Source: an uncultured Acetobacter sp.
GTDB taxonomy: Bacteria; Pseudomonadota; Alphaproteobacteria; RF32; CAG-239
Direction of reading: 5' to 3'
DNA: 64,000 nucleotides
Assembly: GCA_964599945.1 (NCBI GenBank)
Contig: CAZRHI010000001.1
Span: 2,565 to 66,564, forward strand
The notes below the pieces were generated by a model. The model saw only the letters and a program-made list of their open reading frames with translations. It was not told the DNA's origin and did no database searches. Positions within the stretch are counted from its first letter, which is position 1. Every line of letters begins with the position of its first letter. A program made the position numbers and the translations under genes. Shown here piece after piece: positions 1-10,374 of the stretch.

Positions 1-669
1 TAATTCTTCTTTTGTGAGGGTATTCATCAAAACTTCGGCTTCATTTCTTAGCTCGGATAATTCGTTCATGTCTATATTTTTACCGCCTAACTCTGGAATA
101 CGCTGAAGCATAATTCCACCTGCTTTCCACGTTCCCTCTTCGTTTTCAGGAATTTCGATGAATAATTTTAACATTGTTTCTATTTGTTCGGACTGTTTGA
201 AATAACGCAGAGCGCATTCTTCTAAGGTTTTCCCTTGCAAATCTACAACGCCTTGGTGATAGTTGTTTTTTCCGTCATCTATTGTGAAAGCTAAAGTGCC
301 ATTTCCTAATAAGTGAGGGGTAGCTTCAATTTCCCCTTCGTTTTTGCGCAAAGCAAAAGCTTTTTCAAGGCGTTCTTTATCATAATTTGCACAGGCGCGC
401 AGCTTGCCTTCGGTTGTTACATCAACCACAATCGTTGAAACAGGTCCATTTCCTTGGAGTTGGAGTGTAAACAGCCCCTCAAACTTTAGAGCATTTGCCA
501 ACATCACTCCCAAGGCGGTTGTTTCCGCTAATGCGGAAGAAACGTTCTTAACATAGCCATGTTTGTTAATAATTGTTTTTAAAACATTTTCCAGACGGCA
601 AATCCGCCCAACAAAAACACCATTATCAATTAAAAAAGATGTACACTCATCAAAATTTTTATTAGCCAA
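1..669 (-). CDS. hslO: Hsp33 redox-regulated chaperone (HslO), N-terminal ~220 aa; the C-terminus lies beyond the window start
   Basis: Manual minus-strand translation gives ...ALKFEGLFTLQLQGNGP...GTWKAGGIMLQRIPE..., which aligns to the Hsp33 N-domain (E. coli TLKFDGDITVQLQGDGP). The reading frame runs off position 1. TTG at 667-669 is the first start codon after an in-frame stop. Confidence 0.6.
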   Translation of the reverse strand, partial: MANKNFDECTSFLIDNGVFVGRICRLENVLKTIINKHGYVKNVSSALAETTALGVMLANALKFEGLFTLQLQGNGPVSTIVVDVTTEGKLRACANYDKERLEKAFALRKNEGEIEATPHLLGNGTLAFTIDDGKNNYHQGVVDLQGKTLEECALRYFKQSEQIETMLKLFIEIPENEEGTWKAGGIMLQRIPELGGKNIDMNELSELRNEAEVLMNTLTKEEL

Positions 670-738
670 TTTTTTTATCCTTTATATAATTAAAGCTCAG
701 TTTGATGAGAAGTTAATGTATAAAAAGGTAATTTTCAA

Positions 739-1272
739 GTGTTTAACGCAAAAACAACAAAATCTCTTCCTAAAAAGCCTTCTAAAGTTCGTTTGCGCAA
801 TATCGCGTTATATTATTTGGAGCGTTTTGAAAGCTCGGAAGAGAATTTGCGTGCGGTTTTACGAAGGCGAATCGACAAATACGCTTTTTTTGATAAAGAA
901 TATAACCCTACGGAGGCATATGGTTGGGCTGATGAGGTTGTTGCGGAGTGTTTGGCGCAAAACTTTGTAAATGATGAGCGATTTGCAGGGTTTAAGATTA
1001 ACAGTTATTTGAATGCGGGTAAGCCCAGACGTTATATTGAACAAAAATTAAAGCTTAAAGGAATCGATGAAAAGACGATTGCGGAGTTATTTGAAAATGT
1101 CGAATATTCGGAGCTAGAAACTGCTCTTAACTTTGCACGAAAAAAGAAGATTGGGCGATTTAGAGCTGATGAAGAAGCTCGCATAGCGAATCGGCAAAAA
1201 GATTTAGGCACACTTGTACGCGCAGGGTTTGATTTTGACGTTGCAAAAGAGGTTTTAGATGGGAATGAATAG
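739..1272 (+). CDS. recX: recombination regulator RecX
   Basis: 177-aa ORF with the size and repeated three-helix character of RecX (LRNIALYYLERFESSEENLRAVLRRR...YIEQKLKLKGIDEKTIAELFEN). Confidence 0.6.
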   Translation: MFNAKTTKSLPKKPSKVRLRNIALYYLERFESSEENLRAVLRRRIDKYAFFDKEYNPTEAYGWADEVVAECLAQNFVNDERFAGFKINSYLNAGKPRRYIEQKLKLKGIDEKTIAELFENVEYSELETALNFARKKKIGRFRADEEARIANRQKDLGTLVRAGFDFDVAKEVLDGNE

Positions 1273-1289
1273 CCTTGCGCTACTTTTTT

Positions 1290-2327
1290 TTACATCAACC
1301 ACTTCAAAATTTTAATCACTCCCATTTTGGCAACGCTGTTGTGTGCGGAAACATCTTTGCGGTTTAGGATTTCCTGTTTATTTTTATGATAAAATTCATA
1401 AGCACGGAGCAACATTTCTTCGTTTGTTAGTGTTGGAGTAAAGCCCAATTTTTGCTTAATTTTATCAGTATTAAAAATAAAGTTTGAGGCTATCATTTTA
1501 TATTGATATGGTCCAAGAGGGGAAATGCCTAACCAAAAACATATTTTCATTGCCCAAATCATTGGGAGCTTCGGAAAATGAAACAGGCGTGTTCTTGAGC
1601 CAGATTTTTGAATAACATATTCATAAACCTCGTTAAAGCTTTTAACATTATCTGAGCCGATGTTAAAGATGTCGGAATAATTAGCTGAAAGGGCTAATTC
1701 GCAAGCTTTGGCAAGGTCTTTGGCATAGATGAATTGATAACGATTTGTGCCGTCGCCCACCATTGGGAGCTTGCGGTTTTCGTCGATAAACTCAAAGAGG
1801 ATTCCTAACAACCCTAAACGCCCCTCGTCCATAATGGTTGGAGAGCGAAAAACAATGCTATTAACCTTATCTGGCTTAGAAAAGAGAATCTTTTCACCTT
1901 CTAATTTGGATTTGCCATAAATTTCTATGGGGTTCGGGATTTCGGTTTCATCGACTGGTGTGTCAAAATTTTTTGCCCAAAGGCAATTACTAGAGATGAA
2001 CACAATTTTGTTTATACCATATTTCAAGGCGAAGCCATACACATTTTTTGTGCCGTCAACGTTTGCGTGCCAGAGGCGTTTTAAGTCTTTTTTGACATGA
2101 GCCAAAAGGGCCGCACAATGAAAAATCGCATCAAATTTATATTGAGAAAAGATTTGCTCCATTAAGAGCGAATCGTTAATATCACCTTGAAATGATGTAA
2201 AATTCTGGTGTTTAAAATTATCTGGTTCTAGGTCTATACTGACACATTTCGCACCAGTGTTGAGCAGGTGTTGTTTTAATATCGTTCCGAAAAAACCTGC
2301 GCCACCAGTGATGAGATAACAAGGCAT
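1290..2327 (-). CDS. NAD-dependent epimerase/dehydratase (SDR family)
   Basis: N-terminal Rossmann motif ITGGAGFFG and catalytic YGKSK (YxxxK) motif. Confidence 0.75.
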   Translation of the reverse strand: MPCYLITGGAGFFGTILKQHLLNTGAKCVSIDLEPDNFKHQNFTSFQGDINDSLLMEQIFSQYKFDAIFHCAALLAHVKKDLKRLWHANVDGTKNVYGFALKYGINKIVFISSNCLWAKNFDTPVDETEIPNPIEIYGKSKLEGEKILFSKPDKVNSIVFRSPTIMDEGRLGLLGILFEFIDENRKLPMVGDGTNRYQFIYAKDLAKACELALSANYSDIFNIGSDNVKSFNEVYEYVIQKSGSRTRLFHFPKLPMIWAMKICFWLGISPLGPYQYKMIASNFIFNTDKIKQKLGFTPTLTNEEMLLRAYEFYHKNKQEILNRKDVSAHNSVAKMGVIKILKWLM

Positions 2328-2635
2328 ATTTCCCTCCTATGATTTTTTTTTATGATAGAGAGAAATGTATTAAAGATTATTTAAGAGATTTGGCTTGGGG
2401 AGATGTTGCGAAAAATGTGTGAGATTGCGAGGAAAATGGGGAGCTTTATATAAAAGCTCTATTAAACAAGATTGTTGAACTATAGTCGTCGCGGGGAACG
2501 TTAAGCGACGTGGCGATCTAAATTTAGTGGATTGCCACGCTTCGCTCGCAATGACGTATCGTATATAAATTTGCTTGTAATGACTTGTGTTGAGTTGCCT
2601 CTAATGACATATAGAGCCTAGATAAAAATAAAGAA

Positions 2636-2667
2636 GCCCTCCTACTGGGGGGCTTCTGATCTTGTAG
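2636..2667 (-). terminator. rho-independent terminator downstream of the lipoprotein gene
   Basis: The GC hairpin gaagcccc/ggggcttc is followed by a T-run on the minus strand, immediately 3' of the ORF ending at 2679. Confidence 0.5.
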
Positions 2668-2678
2668 CAATGGTTTTT

Positions 2679-3776
2679 TTAGCGATCTGTTACCACATTT
2701 CCTTCCTTGTACAGGTCGATAGAAAGGGTGAGGGTGTCAACCTCACTTCCATCGATGTAATTGTGGAAGGTGGTTACATAAGTTCCTGTGTAAGGATGAG
2801 TAGCGGTGTAGTTTACACCGAATTCATCACTGTACTGGTCAACAAATGCGTTGAGGTTGCGATTTTCAACCTTGATGTCTGGCTGATCGCTATAAGAGAA
2901 CTCCACCATGGGGTAGCTGAAGCTCAGCTCCTTGCCGTCAACGACGATTGAATATGTAAAATCACTGAACTCCACATTATAGTTGAGGAGATCGATAAAT
3001 ACATATTCAGATGTCAATCCCATCATGTTGTAATGAAGGGTATACATCTTTGTGTTTACGGTTACGCCCTCTGCAGGAGAGTTCACTTCTGTGTAGTCGC
3101 CATCGCGAGTTACACTATTGAAGAGATAAGCCTTCGAGAGGTCGTCTGTGCTAGAGATAAATCTGTGATCATCCCATACACCGCCAGCGATGCGGTACAT
3201 GGTATAGATCACGTTATCTAGCACTTTCTCTCTTTCTTCGTGGCCGTCATTGTAGATTGAAACCAGCCAAGTATTAACAACACCTGAGCATGTGTTGTTT
3301 TTCTCACCTGGATCTGTTGCATATACGTCTCTGGTGTAGTCGAGACGATAATCTACAATTTCAGGATTGGTGGGCTCGATGGGAGTCGGGTCATCAGGAA
3401 CAACAACAGGCGCGATACGCTTCTGAACGTACTTTGTTTCAGATGTCCGAGTGTCGCCTTGTTCGTTCTTTGCAGTATATACGACTTTCACCTCGCGGTT
3501 ATTGTCGTCGATAGAGCTATAAGAGAACGACGTTTTGATGATGTCCATGTTCCCTTCGCGTTTGATCTTATTTCCGTCGGAAAGAAGATCATAGTCTCCT
3601 TGGGAGAGGAGGATTTCAACATTGCTGTCAAAATCATCCACTGTCACTAGATCCTTGACGGCGGAGATTTTTACGAAGAATGTTGCGAGATCTTCGTAAG
3701 AGCAGCTAGTGAGGACAACTGACACGATGCTGAGAGCAACCATTGCGAGGGTTGCTAAGAGATTGTTTTTTTTCAT
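2679..3776 (-). CDS. hypothetical lipoprotein (D/Y/T-rich)
   Basis: Signal peptide with a lipobox (VVLTSC) and 365 aa. I recognise no domain. Confidence 0.5.
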   Translation of the reverse strand: MKKNNLLATLAMVALSIVSVVLTSCSYEDLATFFVKISAVKDLVTVDDFDSNVEILLSQGDYDLLSDGNKIKREGNMDIIKTSFSYSSIDDNNREVKVVYTAKNEQGDTRTSETKYVQKRIAPVVVPDDPTPIEPTNPEIVDYRLDYTRDVYATDPGEKNNTCSGVVNTWLVSIYNDGHEEREKVLDNVIYTMYRIAGGVWDDHRFISSTDDLSKAYLFNSVTRDGDYTEVNSPAEGVTVNTKMYTLHYNMMGLTSEYVFIDLLNYNVEFSDFTYSIVVDGKELSFSYPMVEFSYSDQPDIKVENRNLNAFVDQYSDEFGVNYTATHPYTGTYVTTFHNYIDGSEVDTLTLSIDLYKEGNVVTDR

Positions 3777-4027
3777 TTTATTTAGAATTTTAGTTAATAC
3801 TCAAAAAAATACAAAAATATCTCTGCAACCAAGATTCCTAATAATAAAAATAAGGTCTTATAGCAAAATAATATTTTTGTATTTTCAATGTAGCATAATT
3901 TTAACAGAAAATCAAGACTTTTTTGTTTAAGAATCGAGATTTTTGCCAAAAATGTGATTTTTTTGGCTTTAAATTAAGTTTTTTGGGGAAAATGCGCGGA
4001 AATCTGTAAAAAAAGCGTCGTTTATTT

Positions 4028-6109
4028 TTAGCCCGCAAGGTAGGTTTTCACCGCTTCGTTTTGCTCAAAGAGATATAGTAGGATTTTTAAGGCTTTACCA
4101 CGCTCGGTTTCAAGCTTAGGGTCTGATTTTAATATCTGCCCGACATCATCTCGGGCTTTGATTAGCAAATCTTGATGATTCGGCATTTCAGCAAGCTTAA
4201 ACTGTGCAAAGCCTGATTGACGCGTGCCTAAGATTTCGCCACCGCCTCGCAATTCCAAATCCTTTTCTGCTAGATAAAAACCATCTTCGGTTTGCTTCAT
4301 GATATTCAACCGCTCTTTGCCGACCGCACTAATGGGATATGAATATAGCAACACACAAGAGCCTGCCTCAAACCCACGCTTAACCCTTCCGCGGAGTTGG
4401 TGTAGCTGGGCTAAGCCAAATCGCTCAGCGTGTTCGATTATCATAATTGTCGCGGACGGTACATTGACACCAACCTCGATAACCGTTGTCGCAACAAGAA
4501 GCTTTTTGTTTCCAGCTTTAAACTCGGTCATTATTGCGTCTTTTTCGGCTTCTTTCATTTTGCCATGCACAAGCCCAACAGTATTGCCAAAATATTTTTG
4601 CAACATTTCAAACCGTTCCTCGGCGGCGGCTAAATCTGACTTTTCGGATTCTTCAACCAAAGGGCAAACCCAATAGGCTTGTGTTCCCTCTTTAAGCTTG
4701 TTGGCAAGGGCTGAGATGACCTCTGGCATTTTGTTGACATTCATCACAACCGTTTTGCAGGGTTTGCGCCCTTTGGGAAGTTCGCTAATTTTGGAATAAT
4801 CCATATCACCATACGCTGTTAGCAATAAGCTACGCGGAATCGGGGTCGCGGTCATCACCAACACATCACATAAATTTCCTTTAACAGAGAGCGATAAGCG
4901 TTGGTTTACTCCGAAGCGGTGTTGTTCATCAATCACCACATAGCCGAGGTCTTTGAAAGCGACTTGCTCGGTAAACAGAGCGTGCGTGCCGATGAGGATA
5001 TTTATTTCGCCTGATTGTAGTTTTTCGTAGATTTCACGTTTTTCTTTGGCTTTGAGTTTGCCTGTGAGTAGACCGACATTTATATTAACATCTTTACAGA
5101 GGTCTTTTATGGTTTCAAAATGTTGCTTAGCTAAGATTTCGGTTGGAACCATTAGCGCGGTTTGCGCCCCCTCTTCTATTACCCTTAGCATACTTAAAAA
5201 AGCAACAATCGTTTTGCCTGAACCAACATCCCCTTGTAATAAGCGTAACATTTTATATGGCGACTGTTGGTCGGTGGCGATTTCACTTAATGCGTTTTCT
5301 TGTGCGGCGGTCAGGGAAAAAGGGAGGGTTTTTATCACTTTTTTATATAACTCGCCAGACCCCATAAATTTGCGCCCGTTTTGTTGTTTGACCTTTTGGC
5401 GGATAAAAGCAAGGGCTAGTTGATTTGATAAGATTTCATCATACGCCAAACGGCGACGTATGCTGGAGGAAGGGAGCAAATCAGCCTGATTTTTTGGATT
5501 ATGCAAACGTTCGAGAGCTTGTTTAAAACTGATGTAGTCCAAGCTTTGTAGCGACTCTGGTGCTAACCACTCGGGCAATGGAGGGAGGTTTTTCAACCCC
5601 TCAGAGGCGAGCCTACAAACCATTTTGTTGGTTACACCTGCGGTTAGTGGATAGACTGGCTCTAAACGGCTGATAAGCGGTAAATATTGCTCTGCCACAC
5701 AATATTCTGGGTGGCTCATTTGCCATAAACCATTAAAATATTCTATTTTGCCAGAGATGGCTCGCTTTTCCCCTACTGGATAATTTTTGGTGAGTGTGTC
5801 TTTGTAGACCTTAAAAAAGACCAAAACCAAAGTTGCGGTGCCGTCAGTGCAATATATGCGATATGGGTGTTTGCGACTTTGTGGAGGCTGATGTTCGGTG
5901 ATCGTTACGATGCCAGTCCAGATTTTGTTATTTTGCGCCTCTCTTAAAGCTGGGGTGTATGTTCGGTCTATTATATTTATGGGTAGATGAAACAACAAAT
6001 CCAATATCTTTTCGCCACAGAGTTTTTTTATCAACTTGCCATATTTATCTCCGACGCCTTTTATGGTGTCTATGGAGGTGAAAAGTGGAAATAAAATATT
6101 TGGACGCAT
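4028..6109 (-). CDS. recG: ATP-dependent DNA helicase RecG
   Basis: 693 aa with Walker A GDVGSGKT, a DEQHRFG (DEAH) box and an N-terminal wedge domain typical of RecG. Confidence 0.9.
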   Translation of the reverse strand: MRPNILFPLFTSIDTIKGVGDKYGKLIKKLCGEKILDLLFHLPINIIDRTYTPALREAQNNKIWTGIVTITEHQPPQSRKHPYRIYCTDGTATLVLVFFKVYKDTLTKNYPVGEKRAISGKIEYFNGLWQMSHPEYCVAEQYLPLISRLEPVYPLTAGVTNKMVCRLASEGLKNLPPLPEWLAPESLQSLDYISFKQALERLHNPKNQADLLPSSSIRRRLAYDEILSNQLALAFIRQKVKQQNGRKFMGSGELYKKVIKTLPFSLTAAQENALSEIATDQQSPYKMLRLLQGDVGSGKTIVAFLSMLRVIEEGAQTALMVPTEILAKQHFETIKDLCKDVNINVGLLTGKLKAKEKREIYEKLQSGEINILIGTHALFTEQVAFKDLGYVVIDEQHRFGVNQRLSLSVKGNLCDVLVMTATPIPRSLLLTAYGDMDYSKISELPKGRKPCKTVVMNVNKMPEVISALANKLKEGTQAYWVCPLVEESEKSDLAAAEERFEMLQKYFGNTVGLVHGKMKEAEKDAIMTEFKAGNKKLLVATTVIEVGVNVPSATIMIIEHAERFGLAQLHQLRGRVKRGFEAGSCVLLYSYPISAVGKERLNIMKQTEDGFYLAEKDLELRGGGEILGTRQSGFAQFKLAEMPNHQDLLIKARDDVGQILKSDPKLETERGKALKILLYLFEQNEAVKTYLAG

Positions 6110-6176
6110 TTAAAAATCTTTACAAATTTGTGGTTTGGGTTATTTATTTAGTATGAGTTTAACAGAAAGTGTACAA

Positions 6177-9100
6177 ATGTCTAATGATTTTGAGAAATAC
6201 AACAAAAAAACATTAAGTGGTGTTGCAAAAGATGCGGAGGCTTTTGCGATTAAGGAAATGTTTTGCAAAACAAATAATGATGTTTTGTGCATTTTAAGCG
6301 ACGGCATTAGTTTAAGGCAAGTTTGCGATACGTTAGCGTTTATTGCACCAGAAATTGAGGTTTTGGAATTTCCTGCGTGGGATACCGTTCCTTATGATAG
6401 AGTTTCACCAAACCCGACGATTTTATCTAAGCGAATCGACACACTTGCCAAGCTTGTTCTTGAAAACGAGCGCAAACGGCGCAGACTCGTTTTAACAAGC
6501 GTTGGGGCAGTTCTTCAGAAATTACCACCTAAAAAGATTTTCCTTAATACACGCAAAGCGATTACTGTTGGTGGTAAACTCAAATTTGATGACTTTTTGC
6601 ACTATGTTGCCATTAACGGCTATACGCGTGTGGAACAAGTTATGGAATCGGGAGAATATGCCGTTCGCGGTGATATTATAGATATTTTTCCGAGTGGGTC
6701 TGAACAACCGCTCAGAATCGATTTATTTGATGACGAAGTGGAGAGATTACGCCTTTTTGAGGTGGAGACGCAACGCAGCACGGAAGATATTAAATTTTAT
6801 AGTTTTGACAGTGCCAATGAGGTTGTTTTAGATAAAAATACGATTAAGACTTTTCGCTCTAAATATCGTGAGGAATTTGGCGCGGCTGGCTTGAAAGACG
6901 AACTTTATGAAAGTATCTCAGAGGGAAAAAAATATCTTGGAATGGAACATTGGCTCCCATTTTTCTATGAAGATGCGTTGCCTGATTTGTTTGATTATCT
7001 TCCCGCTTCTGATGTTATTTTGGGGATTGATGCGAATAATGCTTTAAGAGCTAAGGAAGATACAATTACTGACCATTATGAAGCACGTTTGGAAACGCTT
7101 AAAATTAAAGATATGTCTGAAGTTGATAAATATCGTCCGATTGCGCCAGAATTGATGTTTCTTTCAGAGAAAGAGTTTATTAAACGAATCCACCAACACC
7201 AGTATATTACATTTTCTAGCCTTATTATGCCTGAAAATGAAGATATTATTAACTTTAACGCTGTTCCGCAGAAGATATTTTCCTCTCTTAAAAACATTAA
7301 CAATTTGACCGTTTATGAGGATTTAGCTAACGAATTTAAGATAAATAACACGAAAAAGAAGGTTGTTTGTTGCTATACGGAGGGTTCGCTTGACCGTATG
7401 GTTCATATTTTAGAGGAAAATGGTTTTAAAAAATTGGTTACCCCGACCACTTGGGCTGAAACAGAAAAAGAAACCGCTAAGGGAAAAACAGCTTTAGTGA
7501 TTTTAGACCTGCAACACGGGTTTAACTCTGATGACTATTTTATTGTTACCGAGCAGGATATTTGGGGAGAGCGCAAAAACCTGCGCTCAAAGAAAAAAGT
7601 TTCGGCAGAAAACTTAATTGCAGATATTTCTTCCCTTAATATTGGCGAATATGTGGTGCATATTGAGCATGGAATCGGGCGGTTTGAGGGATTAGAAAAT
7701 ATTATTACCGATGGGGTTTCGCACGACTGCTTAAAACTTATCTATGCGAACAATGACAAACTTTATGTTCCTGTTGAAAATATTGATGTCATCAGCAGAT
7801 ACGGCGCAGAAGATAGTGTTGTTGCGCTTGATACACTTGGTGGCTCTGCTTGGGAAGCTAAAAAAGCTCGCGTTAAAGAAAAGATTAAAGACATTGCTGA
7901 AAAGCTGATAAAGATTGCAGCACAACGACGCATGAAACAAGCGGAGATTTTTGTTCCTGAAAGAGGTATATATGAAGAGTTTTGCAGCCGCTTTATTTAT
8001 ACGGAAACTGATGACCAGCTGAACGCAGTTAAAGACGTGATTAAAGATTTGTCTTTGGGAATGCCAATGGATAGGCTCGTTTGCGGAGATGTTGGTTTTG
8101 GGAAAACAGAAGTTGCCATTAGGGCGGCGTTTACAGTTGCAACAGGTGGCGCGCAAGTGGCGGTGATTGTGCCGACAACATTGTTAGCGCGCCAACATTA
8201 TCTTAACTTCAAAGAACGCTTAAAAGGTTTCCCTGTTAAGGTTAAGATGTTATCACGCTTAGTAACACCTAAAGAAACAAAAGAAATCAAACAAGAACTT
8301 AAAGACGGAAGCTTGGAAATTGTTATTGGAACTCACGCCCTTTTGGCTAAAGATATTGAATTTTGCAATCTTGGACTCTTAATTATTGACGAGGAACAAC
8401 ATTTTGGCGTGGCTCATAAAGAAAGATTAAAGCACCTAAAATCTGACGTACATATTTTAACCCTAAGTGCAACCCCTATTCCGCGGACATTACAACTTTC
8501 GCTAACGGGAGTTAAACAACTGAGCATTATTGCGACTCCTCCTGTTGATAGACTGGCTGCTAGAACTTTTGTTATGCCATTTGACAGTGTGATGATTAAA
8601 GAAGCGATTTATCGAGAAAAATATAGAGGGGGACAAATCTTTTTTGTTTGTCCTAGAATCTCTGATATTTTGCAGATTGAACCTAAACTTCGGGAACTTG
8701 CACCAGATGTGAAAATTGCTGTGGCGCATGGACAAATGTCTCCTTCTCATCTGGAAGATGTTATGTGTGATTTTGCTGAAGGGAAAGCTGACATTTTGCT
8801 CTCTACAACCATAATCGAATCTGGGATTGATATGCCCAATGTTAACACGATGATTATTTATCGGGCGGATATGTTTGGCTTGGCTCAGCTTTATCAGCTA
8901 CGTGGGAGAATTGGACGTTCAAAACTTCGGGGATATTGCTATTTTACTGTTCCAAATAAAAAAGTCTTAACCCTGATTGCAGAGAAAAGACTTAACATTT
9001 TACAAGCTCTCAATCAACTTGGCGCAGGGTTTTCTTTGGCAAATCATGATTTAGACATCAGAGGAGCTGGAAATATTTTAGGCGTTGAACAGTCTGGACA

Positions 9101-9662
9101 CATTAAAGATGTCGGGATTGCCCTTTATCATCATTTGCTAGAAGAAGAAATTAACCGCTTGAAAGCAGGAGAAGCAGGACAAAAAGACGACGAACGTCTA
9201 ACTAAAACAAGTGATTGGAGCGTACAGGTTACAACAGGGGTTCCAATTATTATTCCAGAAAAATATGTTGCAGATTTGGGGGTTAGATTAGGTTTATACA
9301 AACGAATCGGTAACTTAAAAAGCATTGAAGATATTAACGATATGCGTGAGGAACTTATTGATCGCTTTGGGGCTATTCCTGATGAAGTAGAGAATCTACT
9401 TAAAACGGTTGAGATTAAACAAATTTGCGCAATGTGTAATATTGAGCGCATTGATGCTGGAGCAAAAGGTATTCTCTTATCGTTCCATAACAATACGTTT
9501 AAGAATGTTAGCAAGCTTATGGACTTTATTAGCAGACAACTAGGCGCAATCAAGGTTCGTCCTGACCAAAAATTATTTATTGAACGGGATTTGACTAATT
9601 ATAAGACTCGTCTGACTACAATCAAAAATTATGTTCAAAAACTCTACGAACTTTCCCTTTAG
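6177..9662 (+). CDS. mfd: transcription-repair coupling factor Mfd
   Basis: About 1160 aa with UvrB-homology N-terminus, GDVGFGKTEVA Walker A, a DEEQHFG box and a TRCF C-terminus. Start is ambiguous: TTG 6135, ATG 6153 and ATG 6177 are all possible; I chose ATG 6177. Confidence 0.85.
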   Translation: MSNDFEKYNKKTLSGVAKDAEAFAIKEMFCKTNNDVLCILSDGISLRQVCDTLAFIAPEIEVLEFPAWDTVPYDRVSPNPTILSKRIDTLAKLVLENERKRRRLVLTSVGAVLQKLPPKKIFLNTRKAITVGGKLKFDDFLHYVAINGYTRVEQVMESGEYAVRGDIIDIFPSGSEQPLRIDLFDDEVERLRLFEVETQRSTEDIKFYSFDSANEVVLDKNTIKTFRSKYREEFGAAGLKDELYESISEGKKYLGMEHWLPFFYEDALPDLFDYLPASDVILGIDANNALRAKEDTITDHYEARLETLKIKDMSEVDKYRPIAPELMFLSEKEFIKRIHQHQYITFSSLIMPENEDIINFNAVPQKIFSSLKNINNLTVYEDLANEFKINNTKKKVVCCYTEGSLDRMVHILEENGFKKLVTPTTWAETEKETAKGKTALVILDLQHGFNSDDYFIVTEQDIWGERKNLRSKKKVSAENLIADISSLNIGEYVVHIEHGIGRFEGLENIITDGVSHDCLKLIYANNDKLYVPVENIDVISRYGAEDSVVALDTLGGSAWEAKKARVKEKIKDIAEKLIKIAAQRRMKQAEIFVPERGIYEEFCSRFIYTETDDQLNAVKDVIKDLSLGMPMDRLVCGDVGFGKTEVAIRAAFTVATGGAQVAVIVPTTLLARQHYLNFKERLKGFPVKVKMLSRLVTPKETKEIKQELKDGSLEIVIGTHALLAKDIEFCNLGLLIIDEEQHFGVAHKERLKHLKSDVHILTLSATPIPRTLQLSLTGVKQLSIIATPPVDRLAARTFVMPFDSVMIKEAIYREKYRGGQIFFVCPRISDILQIEPKLRELAPDVKIAVAHGQMSPSHLEDVMCDFAEGKADILLSTTIIESGIDMPNVNTMIIYRADMFGLAQLYQLRGRIGRSKLRGYCYFTVPNKKVLTLIAEKRLNILQALNQLGAGFSLANHDLDIRGAGNILGVEQSGHIKDVGIALYHHLLEEEINRLKAGEAGQKDDERLTKTSDWSVQVTTGVPIIIPEKYVADLGVRLGLYKRIGNLKSIEDINDMREELIDRFGAIPDEVENLLKTVEIKQICAMCNIERIDAGAKGILLSFHNNTFKNVSKLMDFISRQLGAIKVRPDQKLFIERDLTNYKTRLTTIKNYVQKLYELSL

Positions 9663-10210
9663 GATAATTTCTCTAATAGCTTTTTGTATGCGACGGTTAA
9701 GCGTTTGAACTTTTCTTCAGCTTCTTTGTCTTCTGGGTGTAAATCTGGATGACAAGTTTTGGCTAATTTTTTATATTGTTTTTTTAGATTTTCTAAGCAA
9801 AACTCCTCTGTTTTAAGATTTAACTTTTCCATTTCTATTTTATCTTCTTTAGAAAAGTATATGCTATCGCTTACTTTATCGTAGCCAGCGAATCCGTGTA
9901 AAAATTCCAACTCTTCATTTAAATCACAGCCGAATTTATATTTGATTTTTGAATGAAAACCACTAAAGCGTGTTTTCTTATGGAAAGCCTCTTGCTCTGA
10001 GGTGTCATTATCATCTGTATAATAATTCCACTTTGCATTATATTCTTGCACATGTTCCAAACAAAACCAGTAATATGTTTTAAGCGTTCTATCTTTTGGG
10101 GCTTTAAACTCCCCTTCCTTATTACACCCAGGGTGATCGCACTTACGCTTTACTCCCTCATTTTGAGGGGCAAAATATTTACGCGTACGTTTTTTGTTAG
10201 TTTTAATCAC
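9659..10210 (-). CDS. J-domain (DnaJ-like) protein with an N-terminal Cys/His zinc-finger-like region
   Basis: C-terminal J domain with an HPD motif (YKKLAKTCHPDLHPEDKEAEEKFKRLTVAYKKL). N-terminal region has CDHPGC...WFCLEH. Its 3' end overlaps the mfd stop by 4 nt, convergently. Confidence 0.6.
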   Translation of the reverse strand: MIKTNKKRTRKYFAPQNEGVKRKCDHPGCNKEGEFKAPKDRTLKTYYWFCLEHVQEYNAKWNYYTDDNDTSEQEAFHKKTRFSGFHSKIKYKFGCDLNEELEFLHGFAGYDKVSDSIYFSKEDKIEMEKLNLKTEEFCLENLKKQYKKLAKTCHPDLHPEDKEAEEKFKRLTVAYKKLLEKLS

Positions 10211-10374
10211 TGGCTATAATCCACTTTAGTTACGATCTTTGATAGTTTAATCTAAACTTTAGAGGTAGTCAAACACTAATCGTTAAAAATGTTAGTGTAT
10301 AAACAAAAGTTTGTCATCGCCCCTTTATTTTTTTTATGTTTAGCTTAAACATAATTGATAAAAAGGATTTTACA

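Noticed and set aside
563-1044. ORFs 563-970(+) and 859-1044(-)
   Set aside because: They overlap the hslO 5' end and recX in alternative frames and have low-complexity or basic translations with no motifs. They are spurious given the well-supported neighbours.
2460-2560. tRNA or ncRNA in the epimerase-lipoprotein spacer
   Set aside because: No cloverleaf-compatible stems or a TPsiC-like GTTCGAATC motif are present. Only a partial inverted repeat is visible.
4299-5423. Plus-strand ORFs antisense to recG
   Set aside because: They lie inside a strongly supported helicase gene on the other strand, and their translations have no domain features.
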